Below, piece by piece: positions 19,364 through 29,773 of a DNA stretch of 57,037 nucleotides (the stretch's first letter is position 1; each line of letters opens with the position of its first letter). Source of the DNA: Minisyncoccota bacterium (GTDB lineage: Bacteria; Patescibacteriota; Minisyncoccia; Phycocordibacterales; UBA1006); NCBI GenBank assembly GCA_022763365.1, contig JALEGN010000019.1:1-57037 (forward strand), read 5' to 3'. The position numbers were made by a program, and so were the translations under genes. The notes beneath the pieces were generated by a model. It worked only from the letters and a program-made list of their open reading frames with translations. It was not told the origin of the DNA and did no database searches.

Positions 19364-20895
19364 TATTTAAACTGTGGTCGATACTGCAGTGCTTCGAGAA
19401 TATGATCAGATTCAATGTGTTCAGACTGTTCAAGGTCTGCAATCGTCCGAGCTAATTTAATCACGCGGTGATAGGCCCTTGGCGAGAGTTTCATCGCAGT
19501 AGCACTTTGATTTAATAGATTCAAAACCTCCTTGGAAAGATATTCTTTTTGAATTTCAGATGAACTGAGACTGCTATTAAATCGATGATTTCCTAATCGT
19601 TTGTAGCCAATATTACGTGCCATGTGGACGCGAGCTTTAATGTCTTCTGAATCCTCACTAGTATTCTCAGCATTTTCTCCTGCAAGGTGGTTATAGTCTA
19701 CATGTTCAACCGGTAACCAAATATCAATACGATCCATAATTGGTCCTGATATTTTCTTTTGATAACGAGCTAAATCAGAAGCGGTGCATCTACAGGCGGT
19801 ATGTTCCGAGCCGTAAAAACCACAAGGGCATGGATTCATAGCCGCCACCAAAATAAAATTAGCAGGAAAGGTAATTGATCCTCGCGAACGAGAAATATTA
19901 ACAATATTATCTTCCAGTGGTTGCCTCAGACTTTCCAAAACTTTTTTATCAAATTCCGGAAACTCATCTAGAAAGAGAACACCATTATGAGCCAGTGTAA
20001 TCTCTCCAGGTTTTGGATAAGTACCACCGCCAACCACTGCGACGTAACTAGAGGTATGATGTGGTGAGCGAAATGGCGGCTCTACCATAACATCAATACC
20101 ACCTAAAATTCCAGAGATACTATGAATCCCAGTTGTTTCCAGAATTTGCTCGTGATTAAGGTGCGGAAGAATAGAGGTAAAAGAACGAGCCAACATTGTT
20201 TTTCCTGTTCCTGGTGGTCCAAACATACAAATATTATGACCACCTGCTGCGGCGATCTCAAGACCTCTTTTGGCAATGGCTTGACCCTTAACGTCTTTGA
20301 AATTAGTTATTGGTGTTAGTTCATCAGTATTAATAGTTGTTGGTGTTTGTGGAGAAATCAGTTTTTTCTGCTCAAGAAAATCATTACAGTGTGCGATGAG
20401 CTCCCTAAGGTTATGTACCGGATAAATAGTAATATCTGATATGAGGGCTGCTTCTTCTATGTTTTGATAGGGAACAAAGACTTCACTAAAACCGGCTTCT
20501 TTGACGGCTTGGATAATCGGCAGGATACCGTTAATAGCTCTAATACTTCCGTCCAAGGATAATTCACCTAAAAAAATTTTATCTGCAGGATCAAAACTAA
20601 TTTCTTCTGTCGCTAATAAATATCCCATTGCCATGGCTACATCATGATACGCACCATCTTTACGTAATTCGGCCGGTGCTAACGAAATAACCAGTTTTTC
20701 ATTTTTCGATTTAGGAGAACCAAAGCCTGAATTTTTTAAGGCAGAGCTCATTCGATCCTTGGCTTCATCAACTGATTTTGATGCCATACCAACAATCGAA
20801 AAGGAGTGGAGTCCGCGACTAATATCCATCTCAACATCAACCACGCGACCGCGCAGGTATTCTGGTTGAGCTGAATAGACTTTGGCAAACTTCAT
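19363..20895 (-). CDS. comM: YifB/ComM Mg-chelatase-like AAA+ ATPase
   Basis: GPPGTGKTMLA, PFRSPHH, GEITLAHNGVLFLDE, MNPCPCG, ISGPIMDRID; start set at MKFAKV. Confidence 0.92.
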   Translation of the reverse strand: MKFAKVYSAQPEYLRGRVVDVEMDISRGLHSFSIVGMASKSVDEAKDRMSSALKNSGFGSPKSKNEKLVISLAPAELRKDGAYHDVAMAMGYLLATEEISFDPADKIFLGELSLDGSIRAINGILPIIQAVKEAGFSEVFVPYQNIEEAALISDITIYPVHNLRELIAHCNDFLEQKKLISPQTPTTINTDELTPITNFKDVKGQAIAKRGLEIAAAGGHNICMFGPPGTGKTMLARSFTSILPHLNHEQILETTGIHSISGILGGIDVMVEPPFRSPHHTSSYVAVVGGGTYPKPGEITLAHNGVLFLDEFPEFDKKVLESLRQPLEDNIVNISRSRGSITFPANFILVAAMNPCPCGFYGSEHTACRCTASDLARYQKKISGPIMDRIDIWLPVEHVDYNHLAGENAENTSEDSEDIKARVHMARNIGYKRLGNHRFNSSLSSSEIQKEYLSKEVLNLLNQSATAMKLSPRAYHRVIKLARTIADLEQSEHIESDHILEALQYRPQFK

Positions 20896-20945
20896 ATTAT
20901 TTAGTATAGCAAAAACCACCCTATTTCTAGAGTGGTTTTTTACTA

Positions 20946-20967
20946 GCTGGCAGAACAGGATTCGAAC
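20946..20967 (-). other. Orphan tRNA 3'-end fragment (T arm plus acceptor strand), possible relic att site
   Basis: Minus strand GTTCGAATCCTGTTCTGCCAGC followed by a terminator hairpin (20911-20940); no 5' half of a tRNA upstream. Confidence 0.55.
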
Positions 20968-21023
20968 TTTAGTGAAGAGTAAAAGAATTTTATAAAAAAT
21001 AAAAAACCATTTCTGATTTTTTA

Positions 21024-21368
21024 TTAAGCGTGTTCAATTGTTGTTGTAGCTGATGGATTTGCCAGTAATCGTTCTTCAGAGATTTTTTCTCCAGAAACTT
21101 CGCAAATTCCATAACTACCATTCTCAATCGCAGCCAAAGCTTTGCTAACTTGCGTGTGTTGCGCTTCAAGAACGTTTAATCGAGCTACTTTTTCCTCAAA
21201 ATCTTCAACAACATCAGCATTATCAATAGGGTCTGCGTGCGTTCCGTCATCTTCATCAGGAATCACGTACCATCCACCATTTTCATCTCGTTTACCAAGG
21301 TTATCTAAATCTTTTTCGAGCTCATCTTTTTCCTTGAGTAATTTTGCTTTTTGATCATCAATATTCAT
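21024..21368 (-). CDS. TraR/DksA family protein (CPR type)
   Basis: Coiled coil with DPIDNAD tip; ALAAIENGSYGICEVSGEKISEERLLANPSA. Confidence 0.88.
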   Translation of the reverse strand: MNIDDQKAKLLKEKDELEKDLDNLGKRDENGGWYVIPDEDDGTHADPIDNADVVEDFEEKVARLNVLEAQHTQVSKALAAIENGSYGICEVSGEKISEERLLANPSATTTIEHA

Positions 21369-21416
21369 GTACCTTAGTATATCAAAAAACTACCATCACG
21401 GTAGTTTTTCATAGTT

Positions 21417-24400
21417 TTATTGCCTGAAAATATCTGAAAGAACACGTCGTTGAATAATTTCGTCAATGACGACTTGGTCACGTGCAATCAAAATTGTTTC
21501 TTCATCAAGGAACATATACATCAATACGATATCTCCTTCTCGTAGACTATCAGCATCTGCTTCGTTCACTTCAAAGTTTGCAACGCCTGGTCCAAAATTT
21601 CCTTCGAGTTTCCCAACTCCCTCAAGGAACCCCTGAGGATTTAAAGCAAGCCCAGAACCGAGATAACCTTCAGCACGGATAACATCGTTTAATGCTTCGA
21701 GGGTTTCAGGTGATAAGGTACACGCAATTGGATCGGCAACTTCAAGTTCATTATCAATTTGGAATTGCTGAACAGCCTCACATGTTTGTTCGTCAAACAA
21801 TCCATTGATAGTCGAGATATTATAGCCTTCAGCATAAAGAAGTACCTGTAAGTTTTGAACTGAATTATTATATGCCCCTAAAGTAAGGATTTGCTCATCC
21901 GCACTAACGGCACCTCCTGTTACGAGGTTTCCGTCTGCATCAATTGTTCCTCCTGTAATAATATTGCCATCAGCATCAACAGCTCCACTACCAACAACAA
22001 AGTAATCGTTAATGATGGCTTCGTCTCCTCCATAGAGAGTATCTTGATTATCAATAATGGTTTGCATTAACTGAAGTGTTTCAGGATCAAGAATTCCTGT
22101 CACGGTAATAGCATTTGCCAATTGGAATTGAGAGATAGCGTCTTGGGTCAATAAGTCTAAGGTTCCACTGACTGACAGTGGATCAAGCAGTCCCATCAAA
22201 GCAAGCGCCTGCTGAACAGGCTCAACGCCTGGAATGCTTTGCCCAGCGTAGATAGTTATTCCTTGTGGAATTTGCGCGAGCGTACTCCATTGAAGTGTAT
22301 TAGCGATTCCCAAGGTACATTTAACTGTATCAATTAATTCACGCATCAAACCATAAAGGTTCAATCCACCATTTGGACCATTTTGAGGTAGCTGAAGATT
22401 AGGATCAACATTATCAAGGATTTGCTCAAGAGTCTGAATCACGAGGGCTGTTTGCCGTGCCTCTTCAATCTGCAAAATATTACCATTTGCTACATCAGCA
22501 AGATAATCTGCGGCTTGATTAATGTTAGAAACATCTTGACCGGATAATCCAAATAATGAACCAATTCCTGCAATAAGGCGAAGCTCTAACACCACCCATG
22601 CCAAACGAGATTGAATTTCATTTGTCGTCAGATCAGCACATTGTCCATTCACACCAATATTTGTTGCAGCATTTTGATTTGGCGTAAAACAGAATTGGTC
22701 AGTAGTGAAAATTTCATTACCCGTTCTAACAGCAACTTTATCTTGCCCGGTAATACATAATCGTGCCGAACGATTTTGCGGCATAATACAATTAAATCCA
22801 AGCTGTGGATCATTTGGTGTTTTATATTTCAAATAATTTGACTGATTATCAAAACATACCGGGGCGTCATTAATATTTTGATATGACAAAATATCATTAA
22901 ACTGACGACAGATTTTTGGCATAGGCTCTCCATTTGGCAAGACAGCATCAAAGGCTACAAGATCAGGTGTTTCCTCTCCACAGGTAACTCCTGGTTCACC
23001 CTGACGATCTCCTGATACTTCAAGTCCATTTAATTTACATGCCAATCGATTACATCGATACGGAGCGAAACAAAACTGCGTAGTATCTGGTGTTTGTAAT
23101 CGTGCTCCTGTTTGATTATTGAAACATACTGGTTCGGTTGTTGTCAGCTGGTCTAAACCATCACCTTGCTGAATTTCTTCACCACCTGAAATCGTATTAA
23201 TACATGAATAATTCAAGGTGTCTCCTTCAAGCTGTGGTGTTGATGGAATTGGTGTATTGCTCGTTCGCACATCAGTACATAATTGAGTTGTATCACCCTG
23301 TTGGTAGGGTACCGTTTGCCCTGTTGATCTATCAATACATGATTTTTGAATTGGATAACAAATACGCTCTCCATTACTATTATCACCGGAATTTCCAAAT
23401 CCAGTACCGGTTACTTCAGGTGTCTGAGCATACACTGATGACTGAGCAAAGATGTTACGTGCAAAGGCTTGGATTTTTTTCATCAATGAAACTTCAGTAG
23501 GTTCAACAATATTACCTTGCTGATCAACTTCTACAGAGTTACTGGTATCAATTCCTGAACCAGTGTTTAATGATTCACCTGAATTTGTTGTTGGTACGTC
23601 AGTTCCTTCTGAATTAGTAGAGTCAGCTGGTTGACCTCCCCCTAAATTAAGGAAATCAAGGATTCCTCGCCTATCGACTTCACGTGGCAAGAATCGGGCA
23701 ACACGTACATTTTTATTCCGAATCAAATCATCTTCAAATCCATCTTGAATAAGTGACCGATCAGTTCCTTCTGGCGGAAGGTCGAAATAGGTTGCCAAAT
23801 CATCCAACATATCAGGTTCCCATTCCTTCATTCCTTCAAGCGCTCGATCATACGAAAGTGCTTTCAAGATAATAAATGGGTAGTTTCTATCAGTTGCATA
23901 CACACCATGGGTGAAATCATTTTCAATATTATCGTAAAGCAGTTTTGGTGTTTGATTGTCAGTTTTGTCAAAAATATCTTTGACTCCCAATCGACGTACA
24001 CCACCTTGAGCTGTTTGCTCTACATAATAAATTTGATTAATCGTATCTTCTGGGATGTCTTTTTCGATTACCGTTCGAATCGCTTGTTTAATTCGTTCTG
24101 ATTCAATGTTGGTAACATTAATCCCCGTGTCTTGGTTTGCATAGACCAGTGATGAAACACGTTCTTCACTAACGAATTCAATAGGGTCTTGTCGTGCTCC
24201 AAAGAGAGCAAAAATAATTCCACCAGTAATCAGAAGTAATAGAATTGAAGCTCCAATATAGATTAAGTTCTTTTTTGATTTTGGTGATAAAATGGCAGCC
24301 TCCTTTTTTTCAAAGCGAGATTTTCGAATCAGCTCTGACATCGTTGCTGGTTCATTTGCTCCCATAGCACTAGAGAGATCGGAATAATACGTTTGCCCTA

Positions 24401-25121
24401 CACCTTTGGTTTTATCTTTCTCAGCTTGGAATTCTTCATCAGTTGTACCTTTTTCAAATTCAGCATCGATTTCTCCTTTCAATGATTCAACCAAGGTAGC
24501 ATGATTATCTTGAGCAACAGTATCAATCCCTGAGAGAGCTGCAGCGTCTTCTTTATTTAATAGGTTTTCAGCAGATTGCGGTGCTGCCTGTGGTGGCATG
24601 AAGCTCGTTTCTTCAGTAGGAGCATCAGCAGGAGCAGATTCCTTTTTGGTTACCGGTAACAAAGGTTCTTCGTTTGATGCTGACTCTGGTGCTTCAACAG
24701 CAGCTTTTTTTGTAATTGGCAAAAGTGGCTCTTCACTTACCCCATCTAAACTTACTGTGTCATCACTTCGCGTTTGTACTTTTGATGCTGAAGGATCTTC
24801 TTTGCCTGCAAAAGCAGCTTCTATTTCGGCCTTTAGATCATCTATTGAAGGAATCGTTTCTTTTGCCGATTCTGGTTTTGATTGATTACCTTGATGAACT
24901 CCAGCAGTCGTCGCTAAATCAAGAGGACTTAGCGATGAACTATCATCAACGTTCCGTTTAAAGGTGATGCCATTACCGCCATTATTATCTTGCGAGGTAG
25001 TATCTCCATCTGCATTTTGACCGAGGTCTCGACCAGATTTTGGAATATTTGATTGACCATCACCTCCTTGGTTTCGTTTCCAAACAATAGTATTTTTTTT
25101 GTTAGCATCATCAGTACTCAT
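21417..25121 (-). CDS. Large membrane-anchored protein with a Cys-rich region and two peptidoglycan-binding (PG_binding_1-like) domains
   Basis: Acidic disordered N-terminus, one TM; VEPVQQALA...TQDAISQFQ...TGILDPET and VQNLQVLL...GLFDEQTCEAVQQFQ. Confidence 0.75.
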   Translation of the reverse strand: MSTDDANKKNTIVWKRNQGGDGQSNIPKSGRDLGQNADGDTTSQDNNGGNGITFKRNVDDSSSLSPLDLATTAGVHQGNQSKPESAKETIPSIDDLKAEIEAAFAGKEDPSASKVQTRSDDTVSLDGVSEEPLLPITKKAAVEAPESASNEEPLLPVTKKESAPADAPTEETSFMPPQAAPQSAENLLNKEDAAALSGIDTVAQDNHATLVESLKGEIDAEFEKGTTDEEFQAEKDKTKGVGQTYYSDLSSAMGANEPATMSELIRKSRFEKKEAAILSPKSKKNLIYIGASILLLLITGGIIFALFGARQDPIEFVSEERVSSLVYANQDTGINVTNIESERIKQAIRTVIEKDIPEDTINQIYYVEQTAQGGVRRLGVKDIFDKTDNQTPKLLYDNIENDFTHGVYATDRNYPFIILKALSYDRALEGMKEWEPDMLDDLATYFDLPPEGTDRSLIQDGFEDDLIRNKNVRVARFLPREVDRRGILDFLNLGGGQPADSTNSEGTDVPTTNSGESLNTGSGIDTSNSVEVDQQGNIVEPTEVSLMKKIQAFARNIFAQSSVYAQTPEVTGTGFGNSGDNSNGERICYPIQKSCIDRSTGQTVPYQQGDTTQLCTDVRTSNTPIPSTPQLEGDTLNYSCINTISGGEEIQQGDGLDQLTTTEPVCFNNQTGARLQTPDTTQFCFAPYRCNRLACKLNGLEVSGDRQGEPGVTCGEETPDLVAFDAVLPNGEPMPKICRQFNDILSYQNINDAPVCFDNQSNYLKYKTPNDPQLGFNCIMPQNRSARLCITGQDKVAVRTGNEIFTTDQFCFTPNQNAATNIGVNGQCADLTTNEIQSRLAWVVLELRLIAGIGSLFGLSGQDVSNINQAADYLADVANGNILQIEEARQTALVIQTLEQILDNVDPNLQLPQNGPNGGLNLYGLMRELIDTVKCTLGIANTLQWSTLAQIPQGITIYAGQSIPGVEPVQQALALMGLLDPLSVSGTLDLLTQDAISQFQLANAITVTGILDPETLQLMQTIIDNQDTLYGGDEAIINDYFVVGSGAVDADGNIITGGTIDADGNLVTGGAVSADEQILTLGAYNNSVQNLQVLLYAEGYNISTINGLFDEQTCEAVQQFQIDNELEVADPIACTLSPETLEALNDVIRAEGYLGSGLALNPQGFLEGVGKLEGNFGPGVANFEVNEADADSLREGDIVLMYMFLDEETILIARDQVVIDEIIQRRVLSDIFRQ

Positions 25122-25190
25122 ATATATGTATTGTATCCTGAAGCGAAGCGCAAAACAAACAAGTAAAAAAATAAAACGCTCTTGAGCGTT

Positions 25191-25457
25191 TTATTTTTTA
25201 AGTCCTAGTTTTTGAATAAGGATTTGGTATGCTTCGAGATCTTTGTTTTTAAAGTTTCGAAGTAATTTTCGTCGTGTATCTACCATTTTGATAAGACCTC
25301 GACGTGAATGAATATCTTTTTTGTGGACCTTAAGGTGTTCGGTCAATTCTGCAATTCGTCCAGACAAGAGTGCAATTTGCACTTGAGGAGAACCGGTGTC
25401 AGAATCGTGCGTTTGTACACCCGCGATAACGTCCTGTTTCTTCTTTGTTGTTAACAT
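25191..25457 (-). CDS. rpsO: 30S ribosomal protein S15
   Basis: [23 protein letters not shown]. Confidence 0.97.
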   Translation of the reverse strand: MLTTKKKQDVIAGVQTHDSDTGSPQVQIALLSGRIAELTEHLKVHKKDIHSRRGLIKMVDTRRKLLRNFKNKDLEAYQILIQKLGLKK

Positions 25458-25520
25458 AACCCTATTACCATAACATTGAAATAATAATTTGCAAGAAACT
25501 ATACGTAGATTATTAACAGA

Positions 25521-26120
25521 CTAAAAAGAGCTATATTTTCTTCTATTTTCTAATACTTCAGCAATTTCTGATTCATATTCACTAAGAAATTTTAAATCCG
25601 GTTCTTTATGAAAATGTTGATAATCCAAATATGATTTATCCCAATCACCACCCCAAATATAACCTCGTTTTTTCATGAATTGTGTAATTGGGTGATCAAT
25701 GCTTAAGGTTCCTTGCTCTGCCTCATCATATACGGCACTTTCAGGTAAGACCCTATCACCTTTGATATAAGGATTTTGAACAGGATTAATATCAACGGCC
25801 AGCCCATAACCGTGATTTGAAATACGTGATGGATCCAGTGCCACCGTTCTGAAATTAAAGGCACTAGTATTATTCGCATTCATTGATGCATCATCTTCGT
25901 AATTAAATTCTGAAACAGGAAGAACTGACTGAAGAGGAAATTTCAATTCATAGATAAGATCAAATAATTCTTGTATATCTTTTTGAATAGTTTTATGAAT
26001 CTCTATTTCGCCAACTTTTTCTTCCTCATTAAAATCAAAAAATTTTACCTGCACTGAAACAATATCATCCAAAAGTATTTGTGGTGGCTGTAATGGAATT
26101 GAGGAGGGATTATTTTGCAT
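25521..26120 (-). CDS. M15 family metallopeptidase (D-Ala-D-Ala carboxypeptidase/L,D-peptidase-like)
   Basis: NNTSAFNFR, SNHGYGLAVDINP, WGGDW...DYQHF. Confidence 0.88.
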   Translation of the reverse strand: MQNNPSSIPLQPPQILLDDIVSVQVKFFDFNEEEKVGEIEIHKTIQKDIQELFDLIYELKFPLQSVLPVSEFNYEDDASMNANNTSAFNFRTVALDPSRISNHGYGLAVDINPVQNPYIKGDRVLPESAVYDEAEQGTLSIDHPITQFMKKRGYIWGGDWDKSYLDYQHFHKEPDLKFLSEYESEIAEVLENRRKYSSF

Positions 26121-26169
26121 AGAAAAAGTATAACAAAAAACCCACAGCAAAGTGTGGGTTTAAAATGGT

Positions 26170-27675
26170 CTAATTATTAATTTTTATTAACTCATTAATC
26201 ATAATACGATCATTAGAAAGTCGCTTTACCTTGTTCTGACCACCAAATTTCCCAATTGATTTTTGATAGGTATCAAAAGTTCCAATGGAAACTATGGTTA
26301 CCTTAGTCTCATCGAGTGTTTTACCTTCTCGCAAGTCTCGATAATATTCATTTTGTGATTGAATACTAAGGTCAAGTATTCGAGCAAATCGGTGAATATC
26401 AGCTGGTTCTTGGATAAACTCAATACACCACTGGTGATAAGGCAATCCATTCTCTGGTTGTATCATTGGCGCCACGGTAAATTCTTTAACTAAAGAAGGG
26501 GCTTTTTTCTGAGCTACCAGCATCGCCTCTTCAACTTCTTTGCCAATCACGTGTTCGCCAAAAGCAGAAATATAGTGTTTTGTTCGTCCAGAAACAACTA
26601 TTCGATATGGGTTAACAGACGTAAAACGAACCATATCACCAATATCATATCTCCACAGTCCGGCATTTGTCGTTAATATAAGTGCATAATCAACACCCAC
26701 CTCAACTTCACCAATCGTAAGGCACTTTTGATTTTCTGTACCATAACTATCCATCGGAATAAATTCATAAAAAATACCAGAATTAAGTTGCAGCAAAAGC
26801 CCCTTATCATTTTGTTTATCCTGAAAAGCAAAGAACCCTTCTGATGCTGGAAATAACTCAATAGAATCTACTGCTCTACCAATAAGTCCTTCAATCTGAT
26901 TTCGATATGGTTCATAATTAAGACCGCCATATACAAATAGATTAAAATTTGGAAAAACATTGCCCACAGGTTTACCTGTTTTTTCAATAATTTTTTTAAA
27001 AAAACCAACAATCCACGAAGGAATACCTCCAATAATTCTTAAATCCTCACCAATTACTTGATCAACAATGGCATCTAATTTTGCATCCCAATCCTCAATT
27101 GAATTTATTTCCATCGTTGGTAAGCGATTTTTCTGAAGAAATCCTGGAACATGGTGTGCCACTATACCCGACAACCTCCCTAGGGGAATATTGGAAATCT
27201 TTTGCAATACCGGACTTCCTTGAAGGAAAATTATTTTTCCTCCCATACACTCTGCTCTACCTGTTTCATGAATGTAATTCAAAGTTGAAAGCAAGGCAGT
27301 ATCTACATGATATGGAGTACTTTCTTTGGTCATAGGAATATATTTTTTTCCTGATGTGGTTCCTGATGTTGTAGCAAAATATTTTGGAATACCTGGCCAT
27401 AACACATTAGATTCTCCTTGAGTAACTCGATCAATATAAGGTTTTAAGTCCTCATAGGTTCGAATTGGTACCTGGTTTTGAAAATCATCAATAGATAGAA
27501 TTTCTTCAAAATCATGGGCATATCCAAAGTTTGTTTGTTTACCTTTTTTGATTAATTCTTTAATAACTCGAGTTTGAGTTTTCATAGGTTGAGATACCCA
27601 TTTCATCATCTTTTCGATGCGGTATTTTGCAAAAAATGGAACAAGGAATACTTTTATTTTTTCAATAAAGCTCAT
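26170..27675 (-). CDS. GH3 family acyl-acid amido synthetase-like protein
   Basis: TTSGTTSGKKYIP, ASEGFFA, GLWRYDIGD, FGEHVI, GGQNKVKRL. Confidence 0.92.
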   Translation of the reverse strand: MSFIEKIKVFLVPFFAKYRIEKMMKWVSQPMKTQTRVIKELIKKGKQTNFGYAHDFEEILSIDDFQNQVPIRTYEDLKPYIDRVTQGESNVLWPGIPKYFATTSGTTSGKKYIPMTKESTPYHVDTALLSTLNYIHETGRAECMGGKIIFLQGSPVLQKISNIPLGRLSGIVAHHVPGFLQKNRLPTMEINSIEDWDAKLDAIVDQVIGEDLRIIGGIPSWIVGFFKKIIEKTGKPVGNVFPNFNLFVYGGLNYEPYRNQIEGLIGRAVDSIELFPASEGFFAFQDKQNDKGLLLQLNSGIFYEFIPMDSYGTENQKCLTIGEVEVGVDYALILTTNAGLWRYDIGDMVRFTSVNPYRIVVSGRTKHYISAFGEHVIGKEVEEAMLVAQKKAPSLVKEFTVAPMIQPENGLPYHQWCIEFIQEPADIHRFARILDLSIQSQNEYYRDLREGKTLDETKVTIVSIGTFDTYQKSIGKFGGQNKVKRLSNDRIMINELIKINN

Positions 27676-27767
27676 GTTTTTAGTTTTATAGATTTAATTT
27701 AAAAATAAATAATTTAAACTAAAAGTCAATAAATAACGTCGGAAAATAATTTTGATATAATAAGTCT

Positions 27768-28685
27768 GTGAACATCAACGAAGCACTCCAAAGATTTCTG
27801 GAATACCAAGAAATTGAAAAAGGAAGGTCATTAAAAACCGTCCGCAATTATAGACAATATATTTCCAAATATATTGAATTTTCTGATATCACAAACATCA
27901 CTGATATTAATGCTGAGAATATTCGTCAATTCAGATTACATCTGAACCGGCAGCCAGGAATCAAGATTAAAGGTCAGCAATCAGGAACAATGAAAAAACG
28001 AACCCAAAATTATTATCTGATTGCCCTTCGTATGTTTTTAAAATATCTCATGAAGCAAGGGTATAAGGTCTATAGCCCAGAAAATATAGAGCTGGCAAAA
28101 ACCGAGGCTCGTCATATTGATCATCTAGGAATTGATGAACTGCGGCGGATGCTTGAGGTGGCACAAAAGCATCCACGCAATTTTGCCATCATGCATATGC
28201 TCTTTTCAACAGGATTACGTGTATCTGAATTAACCTCACTCAATCGAGATATTGATTTGTCCAAAGAAGAGATGACCATTCGCGGTAAGGGAGATAAATT
28301 ACGTATTGTCTTTTTAAGTCCAAATGCAAAGAAATCGGTCAAAGAATATCTGAATAACCGAACTGATATGGACGAAGCATTATTCATTCAAGAAGGTCCG
28401 CGCGTTGTGAAACTAGAGGAGCAGAATGTTTCACTTCGCCTTTCCGCGAGATCTGTGGAGCGTCTGGTGAAACAAATTGCAATCGAAGCGGGTATATCAA
28501 AAAAGGTTACCCCACACACCATTAGGCATTCATTCGCAACAGATTTACTGAGAAACGGTGCAGATATTCGTAGTGTCCAAATGCTCTTGGGGCATAGTAA
28601 TATCGCAACAACACAGATATATACCCACATTACCGATAAACAATTACGTGAAGTACATAAAAAGTTTCATAACAATAATAACTAA
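27768..28685 (+). CDS. Tyrosine recombinase XerC/XerD family
   Basis: TGLRVSEL, RGKGDK, PHTIRHSFAT, LLGH, TTQIYTH; full catalytic set present. Confidence 0.93.
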   Translation: MNINEALQRFLEYQEIEKGRSLKTVRNYRQYISKYIEFSDITNITDINAENIRQFRLHLNRQPGIKIKGQQSGTMKKRTQNYYLIALRMFLKYLMKQGYKVYSPENIELAKTEARHIDHLGIDELRRMLEVAQKHPRNFAIMHMLFSTGLRVSELTSLNRDIDLSKEEMTIRGKGDKLRIVFLSPNAKKSVKEYLNNRTDMDEALFIQEGPRVVKLEEQNVSLRLSARSVERLVKQIAIEAGISKKVTPHTIRHSFATDLLRNGADIRSVQMLLGHSNIATTQIYTHITDKQLREVHKKFHNNNN

Positions 28686-28777
28686 TGAAACCGTAAAACG
28701 CTTTAATTTTAAGGTGTTTTTTGATTATCTATTAAAGACAGTTAAAAATAAAAAGACACTATTGCTAAAAGTGTCTT

Positions 28778-29134
28778 TTAAACTGGTTCTGGGTCAGGGT
28801 CTTCTCCCCAAAAAGCCCAGTCATTATTTGCATTAAGGTACGAAATAATTTCTTTATCTATTTGTTCTGCAGGTCCGAAAACCTCTGCATCAATAAACAA
28901 CCCATGAAGAGATTGTAACTCAAAAAGGTTAAGTTCATATTCTCGTAATGCTCGATCATGATGTTTAAATCCTAAATAACCGAGATATCCAACACAGCCA
29001 AAATAAATACACCATTTCATAGTAAGGAGATCCCAATACTCCCATTGATACATGAATATAGATATAACTATAGGGCAAACAATGTATAAACAAAAGAACT
29101 TTGGGTAAAAATACATCAATACTATTCGACTCAT
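28778..29134 (-). CDS. Hypothetical 2-TM protein
   Basis: Two hydrophobic segments; bounded by a terminator. Confidence 0.55.
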   Translation of the reverse strand: MSRIVLMYFYPKFFCLYIVCPIVISIFMYQWEYWDLLTMKWCIYFGCVGYLGYLGFKHHDRALREYELNLFELQSLHGLFIDAEVFGPAEQIDKEIISYLNANNDWAFWGEDPDPEPV

Positions 29135-29214
29135 AGATATACGTTTTTATTAGTATATTCTAAAATTCATTATTTTAAAAAGAAAAAGCATCCTTATTGA
29201 AGATGCCTTAATAA

Positions 29215-29682
29215 TTAGACCAAAATGTCTCCGTCATTATCATCGTCAATATCTGGTTTTTCCAATGATTGCACTCTTTGATCAAAAATATAGGAATCGA
29301 TAAGTCTTCCAAAAAGTTCTGTTATCTCAGGAATATTCTTTTTTCTTCCAAATTCTTGCCATTGTTGCAGGTGAGCTAACTCAATATCATCACAGTCATG
29401 AGGAATAACTTTCGATTCAGATACTTCGTCTGTCTCAAAAATTTCAACATACAAATATTGCCTCTTAGGACTAATCTCTAAAACAAGCGTAATAACATGA
29501 AATATGATACAACCCTCAATCGCCGTTAGAGAAAGAATTAATATATTCACCTCTTCTCCAAGATAATTGTATCCCAAAGTAATTGAGGCAATCGGCAAAG
29601 CAATACAAAAAGCAAAAAGATGAGGTGGATTTTGAAAGAGAAACTTATGAATAGTTTTTAATCCGTATATTTTACTCGTCAT
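29215..29682 (-). CDS. Hypothetical 2-TM protein
   Basis: Two hydrophobic segments and an acidic tail. Confidence 0.55.
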   Translation of the reverse strand: MTSKIYGLKTIHKFLFQNPPHLFAFCIALPIASITLGYNYLGEEVNILILSLTAIEGCIIFHVITLVLEISPKRQYLYVEIFETDEVSESKVIPHDCDDIELAHLQQWQEFGRKKNIPEITELFGRLIDSYIFDQRVQSLEKPDIDDDNDGDILV

Positions 29683-29773
29683 TATATTTTTAATTTTTAT
29701 TTACTATACAAATTTATTTTGATTTATCAAAATCCTGACAGCTTTGTTTTTTTTGGATATACTTTTATTAACC

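Noticed and set aside
27768..28685. Tyrosine recombinase as an integron or prophage integrase
   Set aside because: Size and motifs fit housekeeping Xer; no IntI-specific insertion, attC sites or phage genes; native-style leaderless start.
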